Shown here one piece after another: positions 29,865 to 37,831 of a stretch of 64,000 nt of DNA. The stretch is taken from positions 140,622-204,621 of IMG/VR virus record IMGVR_UViG_3300014720_000001; one strand, written 5' to 3'. The notes below the pieces were generated by a model. It worked only from the letters and a program-made list of their open reading frames with translations. It was not told the origin of the DNA and did not search any database. The first letter of the stretch is position 1; each line of letters begins with the position of its first letter. The position numbers were made by a program, and so were the translations under genes.

Positions 29865-30800
29865 TTATTTCTTGCTCATATGCTCCGCGTACGCCGCCCG
29901 TTCTGCCGGTGTCTTGAAAAACAAGTTTGGCGCGAACAGCCCGTCTTTTGTGCCGCGTCGATTTTCAATCCCGTCTAGCCAGTTGTAACGCAGATAGCGC
30001 ACAAACGCCTGCGACGCTCGAAGATCGCCCTTCGGGCCGCCCTTGGCCGCTTTGTAAATGCGATACAAAAAGTTAGCGGGATCTTGTAAATCAATTGCGT
30101 CTGGTTCCACGGTCTTCCACGTCCGCAAAACATTTGCGCAACGCAGCTCGCGGCCTTTGTGCAGCAAGCGCTTCGGCGTTGACACGCTTGTTTGTACCTG
30201 CGGAGTCAGACCCAGAAACAGCTCCAGCTTAGCCGCACGATCCGGTGACTTACGGTCCACGTACCAGCGCGGATCTACAATCGTGGCCAGCAGCTGCGCG
30301 GCCACTTCCGCGTCCAACGTCGGAATAAACGTCAGCGCTTTATGTGCCGGGTGCATCCGAAAGTACGCCTGCGCCGCGTCGTCAAACACAAAGTTTGTCC
30401 GCTGCATGCGCCCGAGAATCGCGTACGTCGGGTAATCGTGGACCGAAAGCGCATGCCAGCCGCCCGCAGCCGGCGCTACGTCGACACTGCGCATGCGACG
30501 CAAAACAATCTGCGGGTCGTCAATATCTTCGGCAGTGTGCAAGACGTTCGGTCCGGCGATCTCAACGCGGTTAATCTCGTTTTTATGGCGGCGTAAATAC
30601 AGCGCCGAAATTAACTCGGCGTTTTGCGGCAGCCCAAGTACGCGCACCTGTACGCCAATGCCGTTTAGCACGGGAGACAGCAGAAACGAATCCAGCAGCT
30701 GCTCGGAGTTGGTTGCCGGGCCGATTCCGGTTGAAAACCAAACCCGACCATCCGTATGCGTGTGCAGTTTAATTACTGTTTCATCAGTTACGCTGTACAT
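29865..30800 (-). CDS. IS110/Nop (Tas-like) domain protein with degenerate RuvC-like N-terminus
   Basis: HPAHKALTFIPTLDAEVAAQLLATIVDPRWY...KLELFLGLTP resembles Transposase_20 L.TIPGIG...AA.LLAEIGD..RF...L..Y.GL.P. Confidence 0.65.
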   Translation of the reverse strand: MYSVTDETVIKLHTHTDGRVWFSTGIGPATNSEQLLDSFLLSPVLNGIGVQVRVLGLPQNAELISALYLRRHKNEINRVEIAGPNVLHTAEDIDDPQIVLRRMRSVDVAPAAGGWHALSVHDYPTYAILGRMQRTNFVFDDAAQAYFRMHPAHKALTFIPTLDAEVAAQLLATIVDPRWYVDRKSPDRAAKLELFLGLTPQVQTSVSTPKRLLHKGRELRCANVLRTWKTVEPDAIDLQDPANFLYRIYKAAKGGPKGDLRASQAFVRYLRYNWLDGIENRRGTKDGLFAPNLFFKTPAERAAYAEHMSKK

Positions 30801-32937
30801 GCCGCAGCTCCGGAGCTTCGAGTTCAATAGCCGATTCAAACAAGTGAGACAGATTAACCGCGTGGGTTACCAGTAAGCACTGCAACCCCTTGGCCGTTGA
30901 CAGCTCGCGCAGCTTTTCTAGCACCGGGGCCAGCGCTTGAATACGCGGCTGATCCAGTGACGCAGTCGGCTCGTCCAGCGCAAGCAAGCCGATTTCTTCG
31001 GCAAACATCGCGTTGACGGCGACGCGAAACGCAAGTGCCAAGACCGTTTTCTGCCCGACAGATAGTCGTTGAGCGACTTGTCGTCGTCCGTCAAAGAACT
31101 CGGCGATAAATGTTGGTGTTCCATCCGTGGCCACCTTGATAACAAAGTTTACACGAAACACCTGCAGCAACTCATTAATCGCCGCTTCAAGCCGCTGCAG
31201 GTTACGCTGTGCTACGAGCCGCGGCGCATTCTTCAAAGCCTCTCGCGCTGTTTCTGCCAGTCCAGACCAGCGCCGCAGCTTACCAGCCCGAACTTCCTGC
31301 GCTCGCACTTCTGCGCACTGCTCGTCAAACCGCTTCTTCTCGAACAGGATTTGCGCGCGCTGATCCGCCAGCCCCGTGCGCGTTTTCAGCTGCTCCTGTA
31401 ACTGCTGCAACTGCGTCTGCGCCAGATGCGCGTCAGCATGTGTGACAGATATCTCAGCCAACTCTTCTTCGAGCTGCTTCTTGCGGGCCTTGAGCGCTTC
31501 GATTGCGCCATTGACCTGCGCCCGTTCTTCCCGAGCTTTCTGAGCCAGCGGTTCAATCTCTTTCTTGACGCGCTGAAACTCTTCGTAATCCACGACCGCC
31601 TGCTGCAGCTCATCCTCGCTCGATTCTGGCGGCTTTACAGCGAGTAAGTCTTTTTCAGCTGCGTCAAGCTGCTGTTCTTTCGCTTCGCGCGCTTTCTGTC
31701 GCTTTTCCCAATCCTGCCACACGGCCTCTTTGAGTGTCTGACGACTGGCAGCGTTTTTCCACTCCACTAGGTCTTCTTCCATTTTCACAAGGTCAAGCTT
31801 GTACTGCTCAACCTGCGCCGCCAACTGCGACGACGGTGTGTGGCATGTGGGGCATTCGGCGCAACCGTCAGCCGAAAACATATCAATAAATCGTTTGGCG
31901 TCTTTGATACGCTGCTCACGCGAGTGCTGATCGCGGCGCATTTCTTCAGCAGTCGGCAAACCCGGCTTTTCAGGCTGCTGATCTTTCTCGCATTCGGCGG
32001 CTAGTTGCGCGCGCGTGGCCTGAAAGTTTTCCTTGGCTTTCGCGACGCTCTTGTAGCTCGCCCAATGCCCGAGCGCGACCCGGGCGGCGGCGTGCGCTGA
32101 TTCCTGCCCGTCAGCCGCCTGCGTCAACGCCAGCAGGTCTGCGTCGTACTGCGCAGAGGAGTTTACAAGCGCTTCCAGTGCTTGCTGTTGCTGCTCAAGT
32201 TGCTTTTCCAGCTTGGACAGCTCCGCCGCGCCACGCTCTCTGGCGTCCCACTGCTGAATTGTCGTCTGGTCGGCCCGCATGAGCGCCAGAATGTTATCTG
32301 GGTTCGGCAGTTGCGCGATCTGCTCCGCCAGCGCCTGCGCCCGCTTTGCCGCATCATTTGCCTGCGCCTCCAGCTCGTCAGCGGTATGCACGATCTCTGG
32401 AATGCTCAGCTTAGATAGCGACTTGCCAATTACGTCTTGGCACTTGTCAGCCCGCGACGTGTTAAACAGCCGCTGAAAAAACTTATCAGTGTCAGTTTGG
32501 TTGTCGTCAATGAACGAAAAGATCTCAGTCTGCGAGACAATGATAAACCGACTGATAAACTTGGCGTCGACACCCAACAGCTTCTCGATGCCGGCGGTTA
32601 CGCTCTTGTCGCCGCGGCCTATTTCTTTGCCATCCACGAGTAGGGTGGACTGCTCTTTCTCCGGCAGTAGGTGCCGTGTCACAACAGCGATATGCCCGTT
32701 ATGTTCGAACTCTAGCGTGGCGTACGCAGGTTCACCTTCGCGAGCATATTGCGAAATGTTGTCGGACTTTACGCCAAAATTTGGATTCTCGCCGGTGAGC
32801 AGCCATCGAATCGCGCCAAACAAGCTGCTCTTGCCAGAACCGTTTTCGCCGAGAATCGCGACTAACCCGCGGGTAAACTCACACACTCGATAGCGGTGGT
32901 GTACCCAATTCTTCACTTCCAGTCGCAAGAGCTGCAT
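30784..32937 (-). CDS. sbcC: Rad50/SbcC-like ATPase
   Basis: GENGSGKSS, coiled coil with CPTC hook, LSVGQK signature, LALDEPT, VTH. Confidence 0.93.
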   Translation of the reverse strand: MQLLRLEVKNWVHHRYRVCEFTRGLVAILGENGSGKSSLFGAIRWLLTGENPNFGVKSDNISQYAREGEPAYATLEFEHNGHIAVVTRHLLPEKEQSTLLVDGKEIGRGDKSVTAGIEKLLGVDAKFISRFIIVSQTEIFSFIDDNQTDTDKFFQRLFNTSRADKCQDVIGKSLSKLSIPEIVHTADELEAQANDAAKRAQALAEQIAQLPNPDNILALMRADQTTIQQWDARERGAAELSKLEKQLEQQQQALEALVNSSAQYDADLLALTQAADGQESAHAAARVALGHWASYKSVAKAKENFQATRAQLAAECEKDQQPEKPGLPTAEEMRRDQHSREQRIKDAKRFIDMFSADGCAECPTCHTPSSQLAAQVEQYKLDLVKMEEDLVEWKNAASRQTLKEAVWQDWEKRQKAREAKEQQLDAAEKDLLAVKPPESSEDELQQAVVDYEEFQRVKKEIEPLAQKAREERAQVNGAIEALKARKKQLEEELAEISVTHADAHLAQTQLQQLQEQLKTRTGLADQRAQILFEKKRFDEQCAEVRAQEVRAGKLRRWSGLAETAREALKNAPRLVAQRNLQRLEAAINELLQVFRVNFVIKVATDGTPTFIAEFFDGRRQVAQRLSVGQKTVLALAFRVAVNAMFAEEIGLLALDEPTASLDQPRIQALAPVLEKLRELSTAKGLQCLLVTHAVNLSHLFESAIELEAPELRHVQRN

Positions 32938-34060
32938 CGTTAGGTTCTCCCGTCATGTATTTTGAAAACTGTACATCAAGCTCTTTGGTTGCATCTTCGG
33001 CCGCCAACAGTGACGCCGCTAGTTTGTAAGCATCTGTGCCGTCGCCGAGCAGGTCGGCCAGCGCAGACAATAAATCGTTCTTGGCGCCGTCACGTGTACC
33101 AGCGCGCTTGTCGGCGTCGTACTTGTTCGTCAGCGCCTCGCAGAACACGTGCGCCGAATCACCAACTGCCGTGACCAACCGGATATACGCGTCGGGCAAC
33201 CGCTTGTCGAATTTCATGCGCACAATTGGCTTCATGATTTCCAGCGGATGACCAGCCTGCATAGCCTCCGAACGCGCCGCGCTAATATCTCGAACCAGCC
33301 ACTCAGCGCAGAGATTGTCGAGCAATTCTTGATCCTCGACGCGGTAGTCGAGAAACCGGCGGGTCTTCAGCGGCACAGGGCGGAACTCAAAATTGCCCTG
33401 CCCGTCGTCATAGATAACAAAAAAGAACTTTGACGGATCTTCGCCGCAGTCCTGCATGCAAATCGAACCCGGCGACAGCATCTGAATCGGCTGGCCTTGC
33501 GCGTTTGCGGCGGTCACTATCTTGGTCACATGAAAGTCGCCGGCCAGCACGGTCCGGACATGATGCACGTCAAACAGGTCGCACTCGGTGCGGCCTACGT
33601 TGCCCATGAAATCTTTCCAGACCTGATGCACAATCAAGATATCAGTATCTTCCGGCACTTCTTTGAACGCCGTCTGAATCTCGCCGCGCGGTAACCAGTC
33701 AAGGCCGTACACGCGCACACCGTTGATCGTTACGGTTTGCTTATGGATGTGCCGCGACCACTTATGCACGCTCAACCACGGCGCATTGCGGTCGTACTCG
33801 TGATTACCCTGAATGTAGTTCACGTCGAGGTTCGCGGCCTGCATGCGGCTCAGCCCGTTACACAACTGCGCAATCGGTCGAGCTGCGTTGCTTTTCTTCT
33901 CCAGCACGTCGCCGCCCAGAATTAACTGCAAGCCGTGATTGATGCAGTAGTCGATGATCTGATTAAAACTGTAATACGCGTCGCCGTAGATTCCGGGCCG
34001 CGTTGACCATGCACCATCTTCAAGGTGCAGGTCAGCGGTAAACACAAAAAGAGGTCTCAC
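32879..34060 (-). CDS. sbcD: Mre11/SbcD-like nuclease
   Basis: ADLHL, GGDV, GNHE, VHQ, GDFH, SPGS metallophosphoesterase motifs; next to Rad50. Confidence 0.92.
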   Translation of the reverse strand: MRPLFVFTADLHLEDGAWSTRPGIYGDAYYSFNQIIDYCINHGLQLILGGDVLEKKSNAARPIAQLCNGLSRMQAANLDVNYIQGNHEYDRNAPWLSVHKWSRHIHKQTVTINGVRVYGLDWLPRGEIQTAFKEVPEDTDILIVHQVWKDFMGNVGRTECDLFDVHHVRTVLAGDFHVTKIVTAANAQGQPIQMLSPGSICMQDCGEDPSKFFFVIYDDGQGNFEFRPVPLKTRRFLDYRVEDQELLDNLCAEWLVRDISAARSEAMQAGHPLEIMKPIVRMKFDKRLPDAYIRLVTAVGDSAHVFCEALTNKYDADKRAGTRDGAKNDLLSALADLLGDGTDAYKLAASLLAAEDATKELDVQFSKYMTGEPNDAALATGSEELGTPPLSSV

Positions 34061-34069
34061 GCCCCGCTC

Positions 34070-34693
34070 CTAGTCTTTGTCGTCCTCGTCGTCGTACTCG
34101 CTGTCGTCTTCTTCATCTTCGAAATACTCTTGTTCGTCATACTGCTTGCTGTTGTTCTTCTGGCCGTACGGAAGTTGCCAGTATGGATTTACCGGCGCAT
34201 CCGGTACGCCGTAGCCGTAGTCGAACGGTTTAAATAGCTTTATCAACGTGGCGATGTACGAACCGGCAATCTTAGGTAATTTGTTTACATCAATAGATTG
34301 AATCGTGTGCGCCATTTCCTTCCACGATTCGGGTTCGCCGCTGAACCACCCGTCGTCTTTCTTTTTGCCTTTCGGCGTGGTGGTGACCACCTTGAAAAAC
34401 GACAGCGTGAACAGCTCAGCTAGCTCCTCCATCGTCGGCGGCGGCGGCGCGATCGCTTTGTGCTTGAGTCTGTGCTTTTTCTGCAGCGCCATCAACTCGC
34501 CGTCGAATTCGGCCTGCAGCGTCCGCAATTCACGGGCTAGCCGGGCTGTCGGCACGATCTCTTTGGCGCCGAGGTTCGTGGGGTTCATCAGATCGAGAAC
34601 CGACCACAGCAGCAGATAGTCACGCCTCATGGCCGCGACATACGTGCGAATAAACTGGCGCTCTGCTTTAGAGATGTTGTTCAAATTGAACAT
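34070..34693 (-). CDS. hypothetical protein with acidic tail
   Basis: 207 aa ORF. Confidence 0.7.
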   Translation of the reverse strand: MFNLNNISKAERQFIRTYVAAMRRDYLLLWSVLDLMNPTNLGAKEIVPTARLARELRTLQAEFDGELMALQKKHRLKHKAIAPPPPTMEELAELFTLSFFKVVTTTPKGKKKDDGWFSGEPESWKEMAHTIQSIDVNKLPKIAGSYIATLIKLFKPFDYGYGVPDAPVNPYWQLPYGQKNNSKQYDEQEYFEDEEDDSEYDDEDDKD

Positions 34694-34727
34694 GCGGCAG
34701 CCTTGATTACACGCACGTTGTTAACAA

Positions 34728-34970
34728 TTACTCAGCCGGCGGTTCTTCCGTATCTGCGGCGCCTGCGCGCTGGATTATACCGTCGCGTTCAAGATCCTCC
34801 AGAAGCGGTTGCAGGCGGCGCAAGAACGAGCAAGTCATGTTTAACCAGCTCACCAACTCTTCTGGCGACCGCGTTAAAAACTTCGCCTTTAGCTCCTCTT
34901 CTGTAAGATGCTCAACTTCTATATTGTGCCATTCACCGTCGCGCTCAACGCGCAAATAAGCCCCTGTCAT
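34728..34970 (-). CDS. hypothetical protein
   Basis: MTGAYLRVERDG, GGAG RBS. Confidence 0.7.
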   Translation of the reverse strand: MTGAYLRVERDGEWHNIEVEHLTEEELKAKFLTRSPEELVSWLNMTCSFLRRLQPLLEDLERDGIIQRAGAADTEEPPAE

Positions 34971-35001
34971 AAACACTCCGTAGCTAGCGTCAGCCTCCGA
35001 A

Positions 35002-35077
35002 TAGCCGGGGTGAGATTCGAACTCACGGTCCCTAGCTTATGAGGCTAGTGAGGACGACCAGACTCCTCTACCCGGCG
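35002..35077 (-). tRNA. tRNA with CAT anticodon (Met, initiator-like features)
   Basis: Cloverleaf: anticodon arm CTAGC-CTCATAA-GCTAG, T arm GTGAG-TTCGAAT-CTCAC; no encoded CCA. Confidence 0.88.
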
Positions 35078-35111
35078 GCAGCTCTTATTGTGCCGCCGGG
35101 TGAGAAAATAG

Positions 35112-35468
35112 TCAATCGTAAACAGTGTCGTTGATCAGAACGACATGCGCCGTGTATCGCCCGCAGTACGTAGCGAACACAGACCACCCGCGATACTCAG
35201 GGAACCGAATAAACGTCCACTGATCTTTTTTATCGTGGTTTGTATCAAGCGTCCGTTCGTTTGCCGACACCATAATTCCCGGCAGAGGGTTGCCGGGATG
35301 TTCAGGGTCGTTGTCGCTCATCAATCCGTCGATCTCGGCGTACTTGGAGTCAAACCCAAGTTCGAGTGCGACTACGGTATCGGACTCGGCAACAATGCCG
35401 GCTTCGCGACAGCCGGCTTTGACTTCGCCTTCTTGTATGTCAAGCGGTGTAGTTTTGAATTGACGCAT
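35112..35468 (-). CDS. hypothetical protein
   Basis: 118 aa, AAGGAG RBS. Confidence 0.7.
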   Translation of the reverse strand: MRQFKTTPLDIQEGEVKAGCREAGIVAESDTVVALELGFDSKYAEIDGLMSDNDPEHPGNPLPGIMVSANERTLDTNHDKKDQWTFIRFPEYRGWSVFATYCGRYTAHVVLINDTVYD

Positions 35469-35477
35469 TGGTCTCCT

Positions 35478-35741
35478 TCAGTCGTAAACGCCGTGTTCTA
35501 CGCGCGTAGTCGTGTCGTCGTCCACTTTTTGCTTGAATTCGTCAAGCTTAAGCGTCGCCTTAAAGCTATCAAAAGCCTTATCGACACGCAGTTTGGTCAT
35601 TGTCGAAATGCCGAGCAACGCATTAGCGACATCATCCGTATCCATGTCGCGCTCTAAGATCGCCTCTACCACCAGATCAATGTCGTCGGCGATGTTGTAG
35701 AGGTTTGTGATATCCGTCTCAAGTTGAAAGCGATCAGCCAT
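35478..35741 (-). CDS. hypothetical protein
   Basis: 87 aa, AAGGA RBS. Confidence 0.75.
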   Translation of the reverse strand: MADRFQLETDITNLYNIADDIDLVVEAILERDMDTDDVANALLGISTMTKLRVDKAFDSFKATLKLDEFKQKVDDDTTTRVEHGVYD

Positions 35742-35759
35742 GTTTTTCCTTTTTACACG

Positions 35760-36122
35760 TTATCGATTAATAGTTTTATTCTGTTTTGGCAGACGAGAAA
35801 GTTGACTATACCACCAACGCGACCGCGCGTATTCGCAAAAATCGCGTAGTTCGACATCAAGACCGGGCCAAGAAGCGAGCGCGTCGTACAGATAATACCA
35901 ATCCGTAATTGCGTCTAATTTCCAAGCACGAATAGCCTTCATATCAGCTGCGATTTCTTTCAAATCAACACCGACGAGCGGCGCGTAATCAATCATTATG
36001 CGGCAAATGTTTTTAATTAGGTGTTTACGCAGCGGCCAACCGACTAACCGCCGTTCCGTTTTTTGCTTGGCTGTCCGGTAAGCCTGATAAACCAAATTAC
36101 GCTTACGCATATTATTCTCCAA
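35760..36122 (-). CDS. hypothetical protein (AT-richer)
   Basis: Up to 120 aa ORF. Confidence 0.6.
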   Translation of the reverse strand: MENNMRKRNLVYQAYRTAKQKTERRLVGWPLRKHLIKNICRIMIDYAPLVGVDLKEIAADMKAIRAWKLDAITDWYYLYDALASWPGLDVELRDFCEYARSRWWYSQLSRLPKQNKTINR

Positions 36123-36143
36123 AAGTAAAGTAAAACAAAACCA

Positions 36144-36214
36144 ATGCCCGACTAGGATTCGAACCTAGACAAAAAGAATCAAAATCTCTTGTGCTACCGT
36201 TACACCATCGGGCA
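36144..36214 (-). tRNA. tRNA-Gln (TTG)
   Basis: Acceptor TGCCCGA/TCGGGCA, anticodon loop TTTTGAT, T arm CTAGG-TTCGAAT-CCTAG. Confidence 0.9.
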
Positions 36215-36237
36215 ACCGCGCATTGATTCCGTTCATT

Positions 36238-36389
36238 TACGCTCTTCTGGCGCCCACCTTGAGTACCGTCTTGTTGAGCGTCGCCAGCTCGTGGTTATGA
36301 CCCACTCACGGTTTGGGTGCCGGGCCGTCGACATACGTCACGGCTTCAGGGATTTCAACCGGGGCGCCGGCACGCCCGCCGAGTGTCAT
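36238..36389 (-). ncRNA. candidate structured ncRNA
   Basis: Nested stems ATGAC-ACTC/GAGT-GG-GTCAT, GTGCCGG/CCGGCAC, GCCGT-GAC/GTC-G-ACGGC; second domain CTGGCG/CGCCAG or ACGCTC/GAGCGT. Confidence 0.35.
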
Positions 36390-36664
36390 TCTTCTTCTGC
36401 CACGACGTCGTTGAAGCTGACGAACTCGCCGCCCTCGTCGTTAAACAACAGGCCGGGTTCGCCGCCGTCGCCGGCTGCTTTTGCGGCCCGAGTGGCGTAC
36501 TTCTTCAGTAGCTTGTAGATCGCTGCGCCCCGTTTGTCGCCAAACTTGATGCACAGTAGCGCCTCTACCGTTAGGTACTCCTCGTAGCCTTCTTCAACGT
36601 TGTCCTCTTCGTACGGATTCTCGTCGTCGATAAACCCGCCGAAATCAAAATTTTCGTTATACAT
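36386..36664 (-). CDS. acidic hypothetical protein
   Basis: 92 aa. Confidence 0.7.
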   Translation of the reverse strand: MYNENFDFGGFIDDENPYEEDNVEEGYEEYLTVEALLCIKFGDKRGAAIYKLLKKYATRAAKAAGDGGEPGLLFNDEGGEFVSFNDVVAEEE

Positions 36665-36673
36665 AGTGCTGCC

Positions 36674-37831
36674 TTAATAAATCACGGTCAATGAAACAGC
36701 GCAATCGGTGAGCGGAAACAAGTACACACCGCGCGCAGAAAATTGCCTTGGACGATCCAGCCGCATAACAACGCGGCCAGAATGCAGAAGTGTCGCCACG
36801 ACGTAAGGCCCGGTTGACGAAACCGAGGCGTCGAGCGAGATAACATAATCCGTACCCGGCACAGGGACTTGGATCGCCGCGCCTTGCGGGCCTGTGGCGC
36901 CAGTAATTCCAAGCCTAACCGCTTCTTTGCCGCCGTCAATAACGCGTTCCAACGACGCTACGTCCTCACGCGGTACAAACGCCCAGTGCACCGGCTTTGT
37001 AAATTCGCCAAGGTACCCGGGCCGCTCAATCTGCTTGCGCTGCGCTTCGCTGATGACCGCGGCGATCTCAAGATGCCGCGCAGCAATGTTTACGTAGGCA
37101 AGCAGCGCCGGACAGATAGACGCGTAGTCTTCAGCCGTGTTTGTGCCGGTAACCGACGGCGCTGAACGCGGGTTGACCGGGAAAAACTCGCCGGTCTCAA
37201 GTAGCAGGCAATGCGTGTTGGTGCCGTTGTCGAATGAAATACCGCGGTAAGCCGGGCCAAGTTCGCCGCTGGGAAGCTTATCGCGAAAATTCACAAGACT
37301 GGCCGACAGCGCAGACGCCATCGTGTCTGTGAACTGCGCGGGCGAGAACACACGCGCCAGCATGCGCTCGTTGTAAATCTCAGGCGCAGACGGGTTCACT
37401 GTTAACGGATTTTTTGGGGACTCCGCGACCTCTGCGATCACGGCGTCAAAGATATCTTGGGCAGGAACTTCAGCGCCCGCCAATCCGTTCTCGATCAGGT
37501 CCGAGAACAACACAAGCGCCGCAGTCACAATCGCGGGCGCTGTTTCTTTGGTCGCGCCGTACTGCATCGCGACGTCCAGCCCGCGATTGAGCGACGCGTG
37601 TGTAATCGAAAACGGCACGGCGCCCCAGTTGATGTCGCCAGCTTTCTGTGCCAACGTAGCCAGCGCCTTGATGAACGCCGGATCTTTCTTCGGCGTGCAC
37701 GACTGGCGAAACAGTTCGAGCGTGCAGGCCAGCAGCCGTAGCTGCCCCAGATCGTCCGATGCTCGAAACTTTCCTATGAACTCCCTAAGTAGAACCGACG
37801 GTTTTGGTGATTTGTCCACTGAATACTCCAT
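36674..37831 (-). CDS. hypothetical protein
   Basis: About 385 aa ORF. Confidence 0.75.
   Translation of the reverse strand: MEYSVDKSPKPSVLLREFIGKFRASDDLGQLRLLACTLELFRQSCTPKKDPAFIKALATLAQKAGDINWGAVPFSITHASLNRGLDVAMQYGATKETAPAIVTAALVLFSDLIENGLAGAEVPAQDIFDAVIAEVAESPKNPLTVNPSAPEIYNERMLARVFSPAQFTDTMASALSASLVNFRDKLPSGELGPAYRGISFDNGTNTHCLLLETGEFFPVNPRSAPSVTGTNTAEDYASICPALLAYVNIAARHLEIAAVISEAQRKQIERPGYLGEFTKPVHWAFVPREDVASLERVIDGGKEAVRLGITGATGPQGAAIQVPVPGTDYVISLDASVSSTGPYVVATLLHSGRVVMRLDRPRQFSARGVYLFPLTDCAVSLTVIY

Noticed and set aside
29865-30800. Active IS110 insertion sequence
   Set aside because: No non-coding ends, coupled to both neighbours, and catalytic acidic residues apparently lost
36215-36389. 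tmRNA, SRP RNA or hammerhead ribozyme
   Set aside because: Too short for tmRNA and no tRNA-like ends; lacks the SRP domain IV motif and a correctly ordered CUGAnGA/GAAA core
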